Positions 60,201 to 64,000 of a DNA stretch of 64,000 nucleotides are shown one piece after another. Source of the stretch: Paraspadella gotoi (taxonomy: Eukaryota > Animalia > Chaetognatha); NCBI GenBank assembly GCA_051294375.1, contig JBJCIZ010000631.1, forward strand, positions 83,164-147,163. The letters are read 5' to 3'. Made by a program: the position numbers and the translations under genes. Under the pieces are notes generated by a model. That model was not told where the DNA came from. It saw nothing but the letters and a program-made list of their open reading frames with translations, and made no database searches. Each line of letters opens with the position of its first letter. The stretch's first letter is position 1.

Positions 60201-63200
60201 TCTTATTTGTTTATTCATTGGAAATTCGTCGTGCCGGGTGTATTTAAGTCGTGTTAATATCACTTTTTACTCATAGAAAACGTTATCGGTGTTTTTATCT
60301 CTTTTTCATTGGTAAAGAATCGTTTACGCGTTTTTTTTTACGTTTTTATTTCTTTTAATATTGGAAAAGAATTTGCTAGTTGTTTTTAAACGTTTTTATC
60401 TCTTTTTAACAGTTGGAGTAACTGTCCGTCTTGCCCGGTGTATTTAACGTTTTATCTCTTTTTACAAATGAAAGTCGTTTTTGAATGTTTTTTTTAAACG
60501 TTTTTAGCTTTTTTTAGCATAGGACAAGTTGTTTGAACGGGTTTTTCAATGTTTTTAATTTCTTTTGTTTATTGGAAAGTATTCTGCCAAAACTTTTTAA
60601 CGTTTTTTTATCTTTTTAACATTGAGGAAAATAGTTCATTTTTTTTGTTTGTAACGTCTGTTTTATACTCTTTTGAGGAAAGAGACGCCAGCTCGTGGTT
60701 ATTATTTAAGAATCTTTTTTTATCATTTAGAAAAAAATCGTTTATCGGTGTTTTTTGATCTTTTCTTTACCCTCAGGAAAATGGGTTTGCCGGTTTTTTA
60801 AAAGTTTTATTTTATTTTATATTAGAGATACAAGAGTGCTAGTGTTGTTTAACGGTTTACTTATTTCTTTTTACTATTGTGATATATGTATAAGTTTGCT
60901 AAAGTAGTTTTAACTGTTTTATCTCTTATTATATTGATAAAAGCGTTTTTCTTTGTTTTTAAAGTTTTTTATCTCCTTGGAAATGACGGTTGCCGGTGTT
61001 ATTAACGTTTTATCACTTTTATATTAGAAAACGTTTATCGGTGTTTTTTATCTCTTTTACATTGGGAAAAAATCGTTTACCGGTTTTTTTTTAAGTTTTT
61101 ATTTCTTTTAAATAATTGGAAAAGAAGTTTGCTAGTGTTTTTTAACGTTTTTAATCTCTTTTTTACTTGGAAAAGAAAGTTTGCTAGTGTTTTTAAACGT
61201 TTTATCTCTTTTACATGGAAAAAGCGTTTTTCCTTTGTTTTTTTAAATTTTTATCTCTTTTGGAAATGTCGTCTGCCGGTGTATTTAACCGTTTTATATA
61301 CTTTTACATTAGAAAACCTTTATCGGTGTTTTTTATCTTCTTTACATTAGAAAAATCCGTTTTACCGGTTTTTTTTTAAAGTTTTTATTTCTTTTTATAT
61401 TGGGAAAAAGAGTTTGCTATGTGTTTTTACGTTTTTATCTCTTTTTTAACATTGGAAATGCCGTCTTGCGGTGTTATTTAATGTTTTTTATTTCTTTATA
61501 CAAATGAAAAGTCGTTTTTTGATGTTTTTAAGTTTTAGCTTTTTTTACACTAAGGAGAAAGTCGTTTTGAACGTTTTCAAGGTTTTTATTATTTTTTGTT
61601 ATTGAAAAGTTTGGTTTGCCAAAGTTTTTAAAACCGGTTTTTATGCTCTTTTTAACATTGGAAAAAGCGTTTTTCTTTGCTTTTAACGGTTTTTTATCTC
61701 CTTGGGAAAAGTTGTTTGCTGGGTTTTTACGTTATTATGCGTTTTTTTAATTAGAAAAGTCGTTTATCGGTGTTTTTTATGTCTTCTTTTACATTGGAGA
61801 AAATCGTTTGCCGGTTAAAAGTTTTTATTTCTATTTATATTGGAACAAGAAGTTTGCTAGTGTTTGTGTAACGTTTTTATCTCTTTTTGACATTGGAAAA
61901 AGCGTTTCTCTTTGTTTTTACGCATGTTTTATTCTTTTGAGGAAAAGTCGCTGCTGGTGTTTTTTACGTTATTATCTATTTACATTAGACAGTCGTTATC
62001 GGTTTTAAGCTCGTTACGGTAGTCTTTTAGCACATGGAAAAATCGTTTGGCCGGTTTTTTAAAAGTATTTTTGATTCTTTTATATTAGGAAAAGAAAGTA
62101 TGTCTAGTGTATTTTAACAGTTTTTATTTTCTTGTTACATTGGAAATGTCGTCTGCCGTGTGTAATTTAACGTTTTATACTTTTTACATTAAAAACGTTT
62201 ATCGGTTGTTTTTATCTCTTTTTAACATTTGCGAAAAATCGTTTACTTTTTTTTACGTTTTTATTCTTTTAATTATTGGAAAAGAAGTTTGCTAGTGTTT
62301 TTTAAAACGTTTTTTACGTCTTTTTACATTGGAAATTGTCGTCTGGCCGGTGTATTAACGTTTTTATCTCTTTTTACAATTTGAAAAAAAAATCGTTTCT
62401 TTTTTAATGTTTTTAACGTTTTTAGCTTTTTTTTACATAGGAAAAGTCGTTTGACGGGTTTTTCAACGGTTTTATTTCTTTTTTATTGAAAAAGTTGTTG
62501 CAAAGTTTTTTGACGTTTATCTTTTTTTACATTGGCAAAAGCGTTAACTTTGTTTTTATAAACGTTTTTATCTCTTTGGAAAAGTCGTTTGCTGGTGTTT
62601 TTTACGTTATTATATTCTACCGATATTTTTTACATTAGAAAATCGTTTTCCGCTGTTTTTTATGTCTTTCTTACACTGAAAACCACCGTTTGCCAGGTTT
62701 TTAAAAGTTTTATTTCTTTTTATATGGAAAGTAGTTTGCTATGTGTTTTTAAAACGTTTTTATTTCTTTTTATATTGGAAAAGAAGTTTGCTAGTGTTTT
62801 TAACGTTTTTAATCTCTTTTACTATTGGAAAAAGCGTGTTTTCTGTTGTTTTTAAAGTTTTTATACTCTTTGTGAAATGTCGTCTGGCCGGTGTATTTAA
62901 CGTTTTTATAACTTTTTATTTAACATTAGAAAAACGTTGTATCGGTGTTTTTTATCTCCTTTTAGCATTGGAAAATCGTGTTTGCCGGTTTTTTTAAAAG
63001 TTTTTAATTTCTTTTAATATTGGAAAGGAAGTTTGCTAGACTGTTTTAACTTTTTATCTCTTTTTACATTGAAGAAGCGTTTTTCTTTGTTTTTTAAAGT
63101 TCTTTTACTCTTTGGAAATGGTCGTCTGCCGTGTATTTAAGTGTTTTATCAACTTTTTACAATAGAAAAGTCTTTATCAATGTTTTTTATCTCTTTTTAC

Positions 63201-64000
63201 ATTGAAAAATCGTTTGCCGGTTTTTTTTAGGTTTTTATTTCTTTTATATTGGAAAAGAAGTTTTGCTAGTGTTTTACGTTTTTATCTCTTTTACATGGAA
63301 ATGTCGTCTGCCGGTGCCTATTATAACGTTTTTATCTCTTTTTAACAAATGAAAAAGTGTGTTTTTTGATTTTTTTTAACAGTTTTTAGGCTTTTTTGTA
63401 CATAGGAAAAGTCGTTTGACAGGTTTTTCAATCGTTTTATTTCTTTTTTATTGAAAAAGTTGTTTGCCAAAGTTTTTAACGGTTTTATCTCTTTTTACAT
63501 TGGAAAAAGCGTTTTTTCTTTGTTTTAAACCTTTTGATCTCTTGGAAAAGTCGTTTGCTGGTGTTTTTACGTTTATTATCTTTTTTTACATTAGAAAAGT
63601 CGTTATCGGTGTTTTTTTATGGTCTTTTTACACTGGAAAAAATCGTTTGCCGGTTTTGTGAAAGTTTTTATTTCTTTTTATATTGGAAAGAAGTTTGCTA
63701 GTGTTTTTACGGTTTTTATTTTTTTTTATATTGAAGAAGTTTGCTAGTGTTTTTAACTTTTTATTCTCTTTTTACATTTGGAAAAAAGCGTTTTTCTGCT
63801 TTGCTTTAAAGTTTTTATCTCTTTGGAAATGTCGTCTGCCGGTGTATTTTTAACGTTTTTAATAACTTTTTCACATCTAAAACGTTTATCGGTGTTTTTA
63901 TCTCTTTTTACATTGGAAAAATCGTTTACCGGTTTTTTTAAAGTTTTTTTCTTTTTATGTTGGAAAAGAAGTTTGCTAGTGTTTTTAACGTTTTTATCTC
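54235..64000 (+). repeat. Complex satellite array 3 (same ~49-bp family, no purine-rich blocks), runs off the window end
   Basis: Same monomer variants. The marker CATAGGAAAAGTCGTTTGACGGGTTTTTCAACGG recurs near 54840, 55780, 57340, 57995, 58610, 59858, 60518, 61550, 62437 and 63401. Confidence 0.97.

Overview
AT-rich animal-type eukaryotic genomic DNA from a fragmented, error-prone long-read assembly, with three 100-N and three 25-N gaps and noisy tracts. No host protein-coding gene can be supported. About half the window is one complex satellite (about 49-bp T-rich monomer) in three same-orientation arrays: 7760-20065, 20758-31920 and 54235-64000. The first two arrays are punctuated by an approximately 170-bp purine-rich block that is the reverse complement of the core of a Helentron/DINE-like element at 36545-36890. 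The rest is a nest of transposon remnants. These include a 2.4-kb spacer-less palindrome built from TTAGGG-type repeat/spacer modules (4161-6564) and a 720-bp Transib-type MITE with RSS-like ends (CACAGTG-22 nt-AGAAAAAT at both termini, CGNCG flanks; 6734-7453). There is also a Penelope-like retroelement fragment abutting an inverted hammerhead ribozyme (31993-32514), a second hammerhead copy (3481-3533), and several Helentron-associated non-autonomous elements carrying different internal tandem repeats. The first approximately 2.9 kb, and probably other unique-looking tracts, appear written in mirror state (complemented without reversal). Ty3/gypsy RT-RNase H motifs read in order only on the plain complement, so this is an assembly artefact invisible to the six-frame ORF track. 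All alignments were done by eye and boundaries are approximate unless a motif is quoted.
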